A DNA stretch of 64,000 nt from Oligoflexia bacterium (GTDB lineage Bacteria > Bdellovibrionota > UBA1018 > CAIPTA01). The translations under genes and the position numbers were made by a program. The notes below the pieces were generated by a model. That model made no database searches and was not told the origin of the DNA. It worked only from the letters and a program-made list of their open reading frames with translations. Of the stretch, positions 30,054 to 39,240 are shown in pieces; positions within the stretch are counted from its first letter, which is position 1, and each line of letters opens with the position of its first letter. Where the stretch lies: NCBI GenBank assembly GCA_023954355.1, contig JAMLID010000005.1, positions 38,092 through 102,091 on the forward strand, written 5' to 3'.

Positions 30054-30086
30054 TTATAAAAATCCAAAACTTACCGATTTCTATTT

Positions 30087-30410
30087 ATGAAGATCGGTTT
30101 ACATATTCTCTGCTTAACTTTAGTGCTTACATTTTCTTCTATCAGCTATGCTCAAGAGGTAGAAATCACTCTCTACCGTTGGGATTTAGGTTATCTTGCT
30201 TCTCCTGAGCCCAGTACAAAACGAATCATAAGCGACCAAGACCTTAATACTTTTTTTAGCTCTAAAGACCTACAAACAATTGATAAATCAGAAGGACTCT
30301 ACCAAGGATGTTATTTAGTGAAAGTAGACACCTCTTCAGGTAGGTCTCCCTCTTCGGAAAAAGATTTTTCCTATCGTAAAAAATGCTTTATAGAAAAATC
30401 TGAATCTTAG
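30087..30410 (+). CDS. Hypothetical small secreted protein.
   Basis: Signal peptide MKIGLHILCLTLVLTFSSISYA. Confidence 0.5.
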   Translation: MKIGLHILCLTLVLTFSSISYAQEVEITLYRWDLGYLASPEPSTKRIISDQDLNTFFSSKDLQTIDKSEGLYQGCYLVKVDTSSGRSPSSEKDFSYRKKCFIEKSES

Positions 30411-30448
30411 AATCTATCCGATCACGAAACAATTTATTGCCATCAAAT

Positions 30449-31441
30449 CTATAGCTTTCCGATTTCTTTCAGCCATTGAATCGATTTCAATAAAGCTGTG
30501 TCTACAATTTTCGGACGATAACCTAGCTCTTTTTTCGCTTTTGCAGAACTGACATAAAGGTACCAACGACAAACTTGCTTTACCAAAAAAGGACTCATAT
30601 GAATATCAATGCCAACAGCATTCAATCCTTTAAGCCCTAAAGCCAGCCCTCCCATCGCCCAAAGCGGAACATACTGCTTGGGTGGCTTTCTTCCTAAAAG
30701 AATATTCATGCGAATAATTAAATCACCAAAGCCGATATTTTCTCCACCCAAGAGGTATCGCTCTCCCACTCTACCTTTTTCCCATGCGAGAAGATGACCA
30801 TTCACTACATCATCAATATCTACAAAATTGATTCCCCCATGAAAAAGGATTCGCGGATTATATTTATAAATTAAGCCAGCATAACCCTTTTCATATCTTC
30901 TTGTATCTCCCGGCCCTAATAAACTTCCAGGATTCACTATCGTTGCAGCTAGTCCTTTATCTACAAATTTTAAAAGCTCTTGTTCAGCTTCGTACTTAGT
31001 ATCGAAATAGGCAAGCCCAAGCGGTTTTGCATTAAAGACAGTGGTTTCATCTAAAAGTTCTTCTGGATCTTCATTCACTCCAATAGCCGCTGTAGAGCTT
31101 GTAAATATAAATCGTTTAACACCAAGATCATGTGCAGCCTGCGCAATATTTCTCGTACCCACCACATTCACTTGATGCATTTGTGAACGCTTTTCTGGAT
31201 TATAAGAAATCATTCCTGCACAATGAAAAATTGTATCAATGCCTTCACAGGCTTTTTGAAGAGAGCCTTGATTTTCTAGCGTACCAATAGCGAAGCTATC
31301 GGCTAAATCTGCCAGCTTATTTTGCTGCTCCGCACTTCTCACGAGTAAACGAACTTTATGCCCCTTGTTACGAATGGCTTTTGCGAGTTTTCCCCCAAGA
31401 AAACCGCTACCTCCTGTGATCAACACCTCTGTCATAGACAT
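30449..31441 (-). CDS. NAD-dependent epimerase/dehydratase (SDR family).
   Basis: VLITGGSGFLGGKL Rossmann motif, and YxxxK (YFDTKYEAE). The start is likely the ATG of MSMTEV. Confidence 0.75.
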   Translation of the reverse strand: MSMTEVLITGGSGFLGGKLAKAIRNKGHKVRLLVRSAEQQNKLADLADSFAIGTLENQGSLQKACEGIDTIFHCAGMISYNPEKRSQMHQVNVVGTRNIAQAAHDLGVKRFIFTSSTAAIGVNEDPEELLDETTVFNAKPLGLAYFDTKYEAEQELLKFVDKGLAATIVNPGSLLGPGDTRRYEKGYAGLIYKYNPRILFHGGINFVDIDDVVNGHLLAWEKGRVGERYLLGGENIGFGDLIIRMNILLGRKPPKQYVPLWAMGGLALGLKGLNAVGIDIHMSPFLVKQVCRWYLYVSSAKAKKELGYRPKIVDTALLKSIQWLKEIGKL

Positions 31442-31469
31442 CCCTTCTTTCACAGGGTACTAAATTTTT

Positions 31470-32315
31470 ATGACGAACAACATCGCTGATCTTGAATTTG
31501 TTGCCTTTGATACGGAAACAACTGGCCTTTCTCCATTTACAGAGTCTTTAGTCGAAATCGCGGCTGTGCGATTTAATCTAATCCAAGGCCCTCTAGAATA
31601 TTTTCAAACTCTAGTGAATCCTGGAAAAGAAATTCCCTGGCAAGCAACAAAAGTTCACGGGATCACCAACGAAATGGTATTCGAGGCTCCTCCTATTGAA
31701 AAAGTTTTACCTCCTTTTTTTCAGTTTTTAGGAAACTCAATTCCCGTAGCTCATAATGCAGGTTTTGATATTGGTTTTATTAGCCTCTATAGCTTGCGAC
31801 ACGAGATCATCCCCACTGAGCAACCGATTTTAGATTCCTGTATGTTTTCCAGAAGAGTGCTTACAGAGCAACCAAGCCATGGCCTTGAGGCATTGGTTAA
31901 TTCTTTACAAATTACAGCTGCCGGGGCCTCTCACCGTGCTCTAGCAGACACCAAACACTGCATGGAGCTTTTTCGCATCCTAGTAGGACGCTCTTGTGGA
32001 ATCAATGCCAGCTGGGAAGATTTACTTAAGGTTCATGGGAAAACCCATTCCTTCAATGAAGGCAGTCGACCTCTAGAAGAAAATGAGGCTAAATCGCATT
32101 TATTGCCATTATTTGAAGCCTTAAAAGAGCGCTCTTCCATATGGATAGAGTATGATGGGGGATTCGGCCCTCGAGAGGTTTCGCCCCTTATGGTATACGC
32201 TAAAGGCTCACAACAATACCTTGAGGCAACTTGTCATTTGGATGGCATTCGTAAGAGTTTTCGATTAGATAAGATCCGAGCAGTAAAAGGTAATTATTCG
32301 TTTATAGATAAGTAA
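31470..32315 (+). CDS. DnaQ/DEDDh 3'-5' exonuclease fused to a C-terminal WYL domain.
   Basis: Exo I FVAFDTETTGL, Exo II AHNAGFDIGF, Exo III HRALADTKHCMELF. The C-terminal stretch IWIEYDGG..PREVSPLMVY..GSQQYLEATCHLDGIRKSFRLDKIRAV fits the WYL consensus (WYL.A.C......R.FRLDRI). Confidence 0.6.
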   Translation: MTNNIADLEFVAFDTETTGLSPFTESLVEIAAVRFNLIQGPLEYFQTLVNPGKEIPWQATKVHGITNEMVFEAPPIEKVLPPFFQFLGNSIPVAHNAGFDIGFISLYSLRHEIIPTEQPILDSCMFSRRVLTEQPSHGLEALVNSLQITAAGASHRALADTKHCMELFRILVGRSCGINASWEDLLKVHGKTHSFNEGSRPLEENEAKSHLLPLFEALKERSSIWIEYDGGFGPREVSPLMVYAKGSQQYLEATCHLDGIRKSFRLDKIRAVKGNYSFIDK

Positions 32316-32373
32316 TGAATAAGGACAAATCTAAGATGAGCCTAATTTGGTGCGAGACAAAGAAGCCGACCGA

Positions 32374-32413
32374 GAAAATTCTCAATGTAGTATTATCTAC
32401 ATTGAGAATTTTC
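32374..32413. repeat. Perfect 17-bp inverted repeat with a 6-nt spacer (GAAAATTCTCAATGTAG tattat CTACATTGAGAATTTTC). It is intergenic, between the exo-WYL gene and tdh.
   Basis: Read directly from the sequence. It lies about 60 nt downstream of the exo-WYL stop and about 60 nt upstream of the tdh ATG at 32476. It could be a terminator or an operator. Confidence 0.7.
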
Positions 32414-32475
32414 GCAGAGAGGCTGAGGCAGTCGCAGCGCAAAAGAGGCCATCGATTATACCTAAAGGATTTTTC

Positions 32476-33606
32476 ATGAAGGCACTCACCCTAAAAGTCG
32501 ATAGAACAACTTGGACACAAACCACAGGTTATGAATTACAAGACATACCAACCCCCACCTTGGATTCTAGTGAACAGGCCCTCATTGAGCCTCTTTTTGC
32601 CGGAATGTGTGGTACAGATAAAGGCATTTGGTTTCGAAAAGCTTTTCGTGAATCCATTCTTTCACACTTAGAAAAAGACAAGCGCAATTTCTACGTCATG
32701 GGACACGAAATGCTCGGACGAGTCGTTGAGATTGGGCAGAATACTCGCAATATAAAAGTAGGAGACATCGTAAGCACAGAATCTCATATTTTCTGTGGTC
32801 ATTGCCCTATGTGTTTGCAGGCAACCAGCACGTCTCTGCGCTAACGAGAGAATCATTGGTGTAAATTGGGATGGTTTGCCGAAAAAGTAAAGCTGCCTAC
32901 AAACGTATTATGGCCTACTTCTTTAGAAAGAATCCGCGCAGAGGTTGCTGCCATCCAAGAGCCCTTTGGTAATGCTGTTCATGTGTGCACACCAAATATG
33001 CTAGGATCAGACCTCAATAATGCTGAGATGAAAGGGAAAAACATTGCTGTTTTTGGTTGTGGAACCATTGGAATGTTTGCCATCATGATTGCAAAAGCCA
33101 TGGGAGCGAAGAAGATTATTGGAATTGAACCAAACCCTACAAACCGCGAGAAAGCACTCGCCTGTGGTGCAGATCATGTGATTTCTCCTTCTGGAGACTC
33201 AGCTAAAGAAATCCAAGATTATTTTTCTTCTTACGGGGCAGATTATTGCTTAGAAATGAGCGGGTTTCCTTCTAGTGTAATTCAAGCCGTTCGTGGTGCC
33301 GCTCGTGGTGGACATATTGTTTTATTTGGCCTCTCTAGTGGCGATCTTACGATTCCACAATTTGAAGAAGTGATTACTGCGGGGAAACGAATTCACTCTG
33401 TTGTTGGACGAAGACTTTTCTCTACTTGGGAAATCACAAAAAAACTTCTAGAAGATCACTCTAATGGCATTCAAGAAATGGTTTGGAAAACTGTTTTAGA
33501 ATCAGGTAAGGGAACCATCATACCTTTTCAAGAATTTACGAAAGAAAAAATCGAGACCGCACTTCTTGAACACCCTAAGTTGCTATTAGAAATTAATAAG
33601 ATTTAA
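32476..33606 (+). pseudogene. tdh: L-threonine 3-dehydrogenase (Zn-ADH family) disrupted by two compensating frameshifts (about 32822 to 32876) that introduce an in-frame TAA.
   Basis: MKALTLKV..GMCGTDKGIW..MGHE..CGHCPMC, then a frame switch (QPARLCANERIIGVNWDG in frame +1), then back to GWFAEKVKLP...GCGTIGMFAIMIAKAMGA. The same frame carries TAA at 32842-32844. kbl is nearby. Confidence 0.7.
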
Positions 33607-33622
33607 AACCTCTAATCATTTA

Positions 33623-34549
33623 CTAAGCTTCAAGCTCGATCTTAAATGCTATATTTTCAATAATATCTAGCTGGTTTTCAGAAAGAGAAAAGTCGCTAAT
33701 CTCTAAATCTTCTTTCATATGAAACTCTGATCGAGTTCCGGTAATAGGAATCATGCCTCGCTGCTGACAAAATCGAAAAATAATCTGCTGAATAGATTTT
33801 CCTGTTTCTTCTATAATAGCTTGTACACTTTTATGTACTTTAGTCGTAGATATTTTCTCTTGAAATATTAAGTGCGGAATATTCCTATTTGACGGCCGCT
33901 CTACTTCTCCACCGATAAATTTCCAATTCGCTGTTAATAAAGAAAATCCTTGGTAGTAAATTTGATTTTTATGACAAAAGTGACGAAGCTCCTGATCCCA
34001 AGCTGTATCTGCATAACAACGATTCTGCACAAAAGTGGGTTTAACTTTAGCGCCTTCATAAAGCTCCATCAATTGTTCAAGAGTTACATTAGAAATACCT
34101 ATAAATCGGACTTTCTCTTGCTTTTTTAAATCCTCCATAACTTCCCAAACTTTCCAATCTGCCTTAGTAAGTTCAGTATGTTTACTAGGACCATGCAAGA
34201 GATAAGAATCTATATATCCTGTATGCAGGTGATGAAGAGAACTTTCAAAACTTTGAAACACTTGCTCTTGTAATGGAGCTTGTTCATCATAGGGTAAGCG
34301 ATGATCCTGTCCTCGAATATAGGTAAATTTTGTTTGGAGAAAGAGATCCTCTCTTTTAATTTTTAAATCGGTATACGTCTTTACTAAGGCTTTGCCTACC
34401 CCTTCTTCGTAGTAATGCTTTCTTTGATTTGCGGTGTCTATAGCCCTAAAACCTGCATTAATCGCATTATACGTACAAGATTCAGTTAAATCTTCTTTCC
34501 AGGCGGTACCATATATCAGACCAGGAAAGGCAGACACTTCTGAAGACAT
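33623..34549 (-). CDS. Aldo/keto reductase family oxidoreductase.
   Basis: GLIYGTAWKED..AGFRAIDTANQ..Y..E is the AKR N-terminal catalytic tetrad region. About 308 aa. Confidence 0.75.
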   Translation of the reverse strand: MSSEVSAFPGLIYGTAWKEDLTESCTYNAINAGFRAIDTANQRKHYYEEGVGKALVKTYTDLKIKREDLFLQTKFTYIRGQDHRLPYDEQAPLQEQVFQSFESSLHHLHTGYIDSYLLHGPSKHTELTKADWKVWEVMEDLKKQEKVRFIGISNVTLEQLMELYEGAKVKPTFVQNRCYADTAWDQELRHFCHKNQIYYQGFSLLTANWKFIGGEVERPSNRNIPHLIFQEKISTTKVHKSVQAIIEETGKSIQQIIFRFCQQRGMIPITGTRSEFHMKEDLEISDFSLSENQLDIIENIAFKIELEA

Positions 34550-34685
34550 AAATAAAATCTCACTTTCATTATAAAAACTAACACCCCATTTAATGAATTC
34601 CAAATATTGCTAGACGCAAAAATAATAAAAGTTCTGAGCTGCACCTCAGCTTGCCCGTCTTTGCAAAAAACGATACAAACTGCTT

Positions 34686-35879
34686 ATGAATACCGAATTT
34701 ACCATCCATTTAAAGCAAACACTTTCGACCCTAGAGCAACAAGGTCTTTATAAGAAAGAACGCTATATTGAAGGTCCGCAATCAAATAAGATTCGAGTGA
34801 ACAATACTGAGGTTTTAAACTTTTGTGCAAATAATTATTTAGGCCTCTCTTCTCACCCCTCTCTTATCCAAGCAGCGCATGAGGGATTAGACCAATTTGG
34901 TTATGGATTGAGTTCTGTACGATTCATTTGCGGAACCCAAACAATTCATAAAAAACTAGAAAGCTCGATCGCTAAATTCTTAGGCATGGATGATGCCATT
35001 TTATTTTCTTCTTGTTTCGATGCTAATGGTGGGGTCTTTGAGGCACTTCTTGGAGAAGAGGATGCTATCATCTCTGATGAACTAAACCATGCTTCTATTA
35101 TTGACGGCATTCGCCTTTGCAAAGCAAAACGTTTTCGCTATACCAACCGAAACTTAGAAAGCTTAGAGCAAAATCTTAAAGACGCTTCTTCTGCTCGTTT
35201 TAAATTAATTGTAACTGATGGTGCATTTTCTATGGATGGTACCTTAGCTCCAATTGATAAAATTTGTGATTTAGCACAAAAATATGGTGCTCTTGTTATG
35301 GTCGACGATTCTCATGCTACAGGTTTTATGGGAGAAAACGGCCGTGGTTGCCATGAACATTACAACTGCCTAGATCGAGTAGACATCATCACCTCTACTC
35401 TAGGCAAGGCCTTAGGCGGTTCTGCAGGTGGCTTCGTCGCCAGCTCGCAAACTGTGGTCGATATGCTTAGACAAAAAGCCCGCCCTTATTTATTTTCTAA
35501 TACACTTACACCTCCAGTGGTGAATGCATCCATTAAAGCCCTAGAGTTAGTTTCTGACTCAAATATCGGCGGCAAACTTCGCGCGCAATTAAAAGCTAAT
35601 ACGCAAAAATTTCGCACCGAAATGACGAAAGCCGGCTTTCATATTTATGAAGGAATACATCCTGTTGTTCCTGTAATTTTGGGGGAGGCTGAACTAAGCC
35701 AAAAGTTTGCTACTGAAATGCTTAATGAAGGTATTTATGTAGTCGGATTCTTCTTCCCCGTGGTGCCAAAAGGAAAAGCCCGAATTCGAGTACAACTTTC
35801 GGCCTCACATACAAACGAAGATATAGAAAAGGCACTTCAAGCTTTTATCAAAATTGGGAAAAAGCTTTCTGTCATTTAA
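34686..35879 (+). CDS. kbl: 2-amino-3-ketobutyrate CoA ligase (glycine C-acetyltransferase).
   Basis: PLP-dependent class-II aminotransferase fold. The TSTLGKALGG lysine is present. 397 aa. Confidence 0.85.
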   Translation: MNTEFTIHLKQTLSTLEQQGLYKKERYIEGPQSNKIRVNNTEVLNFCANNYLGLSSHPSLIQAAHEGLDQFGYGLSSVRFICGTQTIHKKLESSIAKFLGMDDAILFSSCFDANGGVFEALLGEEDAIISDELNHASIIDGIRLCKAKRFRYTNRNLESLEQNLKDASSARFKLIVTDGAFSMDGTLAPIDKICDLAQKYGALVMVDDSHATGFMGENGRGCHEHYNCLDRVDIITSTLGKALGGSAGGFVASSQTVVDMLRQKARPYLFSNTLTPPVVNASIKALELVSDSNIGGKLRAQLKANTQKFRTEMTKAGFHIYEGIHPVVPVILGEAELSQKFATEMLNEGIYVVGFFFPVVPKGKARIRVQLSASHTNEDIEKALQAFIKIGKKLSVI

Positions 35880-35880
35880 A

Positions 35881-36939
35881 ATGAATCTAAAAGCCATTCA
35901 TAAAGATTTACTCAAGTGGTATCTCAGTCATAAGCGAGAATTACCGTGGAGAATATCTCAAGACCCTTACCGCGTATGGATTTCAGAAATCATGCTTCAG
36001 CAAACAAGAGTAGAAGCAGTAATACCCTATTACGAAAGATTTCTCTCACACTTTCCAACCGTAAAAGACTTAGCAAATGCTCAAGAAGATCAAGTCACAA
36101 ACCTTTGGGTGGGGCTTGGCTATTATAGTCGTGCTAGAAACCTACATTCTTGTGCAAAAGAAGTCATGGATAGATTTCAAGGGAAGTTTCCAAACACAAA
36201 AGACGAACTACTCTCTTTACCAGGTATTGGTCCCTATACGGCCAGCGCGATCGCGAGTATTTGTTTTGAGCAAAAAATAGGTGCAATCGACGGCAATCTA
36301 GAAAGAGTAATAGCGCGATTACTCTCTCTGACAGTGAATCCCAAAAAAGAAGGCAAAGAGATAATCCAAGATTTTGCAAACAACCTAGTAAGCATAGGTG
36401 AGCCTGGTAGCATTAACCAAGCATTTATGGATTTATCTTCAGCCATTTGTAAGCCTAAAAATCCAAATTGTAATGATTGTCCCATACAAAAATACTGCTT
36501 AGGGTTTCAAAAAAATATCCAACAAACTATTCCTATAAAAGAAATAAAAAAAGAAAAAGTAGAGATACAAGCCTACGGTTTTATTCTCGTTCGCAACCAA
36601 AAAATCCTACTTGCTAAGCGTGCAAAAAAAGAATGGCTTGCTGGAATGTGGGATATCCCCTGGAATATTTCTTTAGAATCACAAAAAGAAATTTCTAAAA
36701 TAGTAAAAGAAAAAAAATCGTGTACTGTAAACCGCACAATTACCCACCATAAAATTGCATTTTCTGTCTATGCCCTGCCTAGCGCGCAAAACCTAGAAGA
36801 AAAAATTATTAAAAAAGTGAGCTCACCTGTTGAGTGCTATCGTTGGTTTCGGTTACAAGAATTAGAAGGAATCCATCTACCAAAGCCTACAGAAAAAGCT
36901 TTGGGCCAATTATGGAAACACTTGGAGGACACAAAATGA
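35881..36939 (+). CDS. mutY: A/G-specific adenine DNA glycosylase MutY.
   Basis: LLKWYLSHKRELPWR, the HhH-GPD region (LPGIGPYTASAI), the 4Fe-4S Cys cluster (C..C..C..C), and a C-terminal Nudix-like domain. Confidence 0.85.
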   Translation: MNLKAIHKDLLKWYLSHKRELPWRISQDPYRVWISEIMLQQTRVEAVIPYYERFLSHFPTVKDLANAQEDQVTNLWVGLGYYSRARNLHSCAKEVMDRFQGKFPNTKDELLSLPGIGPYTASAIASICFEQKIGAIDGNLERVIARLLSLTVNPKKEGKEIIQDFANNLVSIGEPGSINQAFMDLSSAICKPKNPNCNDCPIQKYCLGFQKNIQQTIPIKEIKKEKVEIQAYGFILVRNQKILLAKRAKKEWLAGMWDIPWNISLESQKEISKIVKEKKSCTVNRTITHHKIAFSVYALPSAQNLEEKIIKKVSSPVECYRWFRLQELEGIHLPKPTEKALGQLWKHLEDTK

Positions 36940-37445
36940 AAACACTACTTTGTTTATTTATGCTAATTCTTACCCCCTTTGCTCAGGCACACGAAGGATC
37001 ATGGTTTGCTGTAGGCCCAAGCTACGAAAATATCACCAGTGGAAATTCTGAAGGTGGGTGGTCAGTAAATGCAGAAGGTGGATACTGGTACTTAGGCAAC
37101 GTAGCTTACGGTGGACACTTTAAGGCAGCATTTTTCGGAGATGTTAATGGAAATGCGGCATCTGGCTTAAAAATTTATGATATGGGTGTTTTTTGGAAAG
37201 CAGCCTCTGAAGCTGGTTTTTATGGAAAACTCTTGGCTGGTCTAGCATTCGTAAATCACGATGGCACAAATACAGGCTTTCGCATGGGTGATGGAAAAAG
37301 TTTTTATATTGGTTTAGGTGGAGGATTCTTATTCCCGCTTACCGAAACTCTCAATATTGGACCTGAAGTGATCTATCGCCATTTGACTGCGAGAAACGGT
37401 GGAGACCAAATTAGTATAGGAATGCTCGTATCGTTCAGTCTTTGA
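36936..37445 (+). CDS. Small outer-membrane beta-barrel-like protein (Gly/aromatic-rich).
   Basis: Signal peptide MKTLLCLFMLILTPFAQA, followed by alternating Gly/aromatic beta-strand patterning. ATGA overlap with mutY. Confidence 0.5.
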   Translation: MKTLLCLFMLILTPFAQAHEGSWFAVGPSYENITSGNSEGGWSVNAEGGYWYLGNVAYGGHFKAAFFGDVNGNAASGLKIYDMGVFWKAASEAGFYGKLLAGLAFVNHDGTNTGFRMGDGKSFYIGLGGGFLFPLTETLNIGPEVIYRHLTARNGGDQISIGMLVSFSL

Positions 37446-38129
37446 TGTTTCTAAGATTTTGTCCCCACCTAGGATAGTTAGGTAGGGTAAAATTTTAGTG
37501 ATTAAGTCTCTATTATTTTCTACTCGAACGCCTTCTTGTTCTAATGAAGTCCAAGAAGCGCGTTCTGCACTAATTAAACCAAATCCTGAACTACTTGCTC
37601 GAGTGACATTGATAGAAAATCCGTGGAATACATACCCATCTTTCACTGTAATCGCCAGAGTTGCTAGCTTACCTCTAGCCGTCCACAAACTCGATTCGTT
37701 CGCTTTTGTCTGTACAGAGCGAACTCCTAGTACAGCTAATGCATGAGCTAATCCCATAAGCATTTCGTCAGTGAACCTACGCAAGAGATCTATACCTTCT
37801 AAATCACTTAGTTTTAAAATAGGAAAGCCAATAATTTGCCCTGGTCCATGATAAAGCGCACCACCACTGCGATCAGTTTTTAGAATTTGAATGCCTCTAT
37901 CTTCAATAAAATTTTTAGAAACCGCTATATCTTCTACACCACAAGAATCTGCACCTAATGTTATCGTCTCAGGAGATTCAAATGCCAAAAGACCCGAGTA
38001 ATTTTCAGCACTCAAGAGCCCTTGTAACCGCAAGGCACGCTCATAAGAATAGTTTGATCGATAAGAAAAGAATGCAGGTTTCAAACAAAGTCCCCTAAAT
38101 TTTATCCGATATGCTCTGTTTTCCATCAA
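37329..38129 (-). CDS. lipB: Octanoyltransferase LipB (lipoyl(octanoyl) transferase) with a ~40-aa C-terminal extension.
   Basis: GGALYHGPGQ and KLATLAI (catalytic Lys), FHGFSINV. The 3' end overlaps the convergent gene at 36936-37445 by 117 bp. Confidence 0.7.
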   Translation of the reverse strand: MMENRAYRIKFRGLCLKPAFFSYRSNYSYERALRLQGLLSAENYSGLLAFESPETITLGADSCGVEDIAVSKNFIEDRGIQILKTDRSGGALYHGPGQIIGFPILKLSDLEGIDLLRRFTDEMLMGLAHALAVLGVRSVQTKANESSLWTARGKLATLAITVKDGYVFHGFSINVTRASSSGFGLISAERASWTSLEQEGVRVENNRDLITKILPYLTILGGDKILETSKTERYEHSYTNLVSTVSRSQMAIDHFRSNIESFGKRE

Positions 38130-39213
38130 TAGTAGATGGCGCTTCTTTATAAAAAGCTGAGCTTAAATATCGTTCTGTAAAATAACCACCTAGAACTTTT
38201 ACCATCGCCATAATAGGCAGGGCCAAAAGCACTCCTAAAAAACCTAACAGCTCTCCGCCAGCTAATAAAGCTAAAATTATTGTTAGAGGAGATATCCCCA
38301 TTTGTTTTCCCACGATTTTCGGTGTCAACACAGTGTTATCTAATAAATTCGCAGTAAGATACACGCCAACCAGAGCAATGCATTGGGTTAACTGCGCACC
38401 TCCAATAAGAGCTAAAAAAAGCGAAAGTGCTAGCGATACAAGAGGACCCACAAAGGGAACCAAATTCATAAAACCACTAAATATTCCTAAAAGAAGTGCC
38501 ATCTCCATACCTATCGCACCTAAGGCAATGCTGTAGTAGGCAGCCAAAATGGCACAAACTAAAAATTGCCCACGGATTAACCCACCAAGAACAACAGACA
38601 ATCGCCTCATCACTTCTTTCACATCCTCAACGTAACGCCGAGGAACAATTTGTAGCAGTCGCTCATTCAGTAAGTAATAATCTTTCAAAATATAAAACGT
38701 GAGAATAGGTACTAGCAAAATAGTGAGTAAGGTACTTAGAGCCTTAACCGTTCCACTCATTACACTCTCTAAAATTCCAGCAGCGGGAAAATTACCGATC
38801 TCAGGAAAAATCGATGGTATTACATCTTTCCACTGAGAAAAAACATCATACCCTAAATACTTTTCTGACACTGGACCAACACGAACGGATAAAAAATCCA
38901 TGAGCAATGGTAGCTTTTCAAATAACTCGCGTACCTGCACAAATACACGAGGCACCATCATTAAAACAAATGCCATGATCGCACTGAATACTAAAATTAA
39001 TAAAAGAAAAATCGGACCAAGACGACCAAACCCTCTTTTTTCAGCAATACGAACAACAGGATTTAATAAAAAAGCGAAAAAATACGAAACAAAAATGGGA
39101 ATATAAATAGAACGAAGAAAGTAAATACTTATAAAAAACAGTAGTGCTACTGCCACTAATATTCTTTGTTGAACCACAGTCATTTCTCTTCTTGGGTTAA
39201 TCATCAAACTCAT
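38095..39213 (-). CDS. AI-2E family transporter (PerM/YdiK-like).
   Basis: About 8 TM helices and the ..GGELLGFLGVLLALP.. signature. A GGTGGGGG RBS is present. Confidence 0.8.
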   Translation of the reverse strand: MSLMINPRREMTVVQQRILVAVALLFFISIYFLRSIYIPIFVSYFFAFLLNPVVRIAEKRGFGRLGPIFLLLILVFSAIMAFVLMMVPRVFVQVRELFEKLPLLMDFLSVRVGPVSEKYLGYDVFSQWKDVIPSIFPEIGNFPAAGILESVMSGTVKALSTLLTILLVPILTFYILKDYYLLNERLLQIVPRRYVEDVKEVMRRLSVVLGGLIRGQFLVCAILAAYYSIALGAIGMEMALLLGIFSGFMNLVPFVGPLVSLALSLFLALIGGAQLTQCIALVGVYLTANLLDNTVLTPKIVGKQMGISPLTIILALLAGGELLGFLGVLLALPIMAMVKVLGGYFTERYLSSAFYKEAPSTIDGKQSISDKI

Positions 39214-39240
39214 CTGCCCCCACCACTACTTAGAATCGGT

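Noticed and set aside
34604-34685. Possible glycine riboswitch upstream of kbl.
   Set aside because: The 80-nt leader lacks the conserved GGAGAG...CACCG glycine-aptamer elements.
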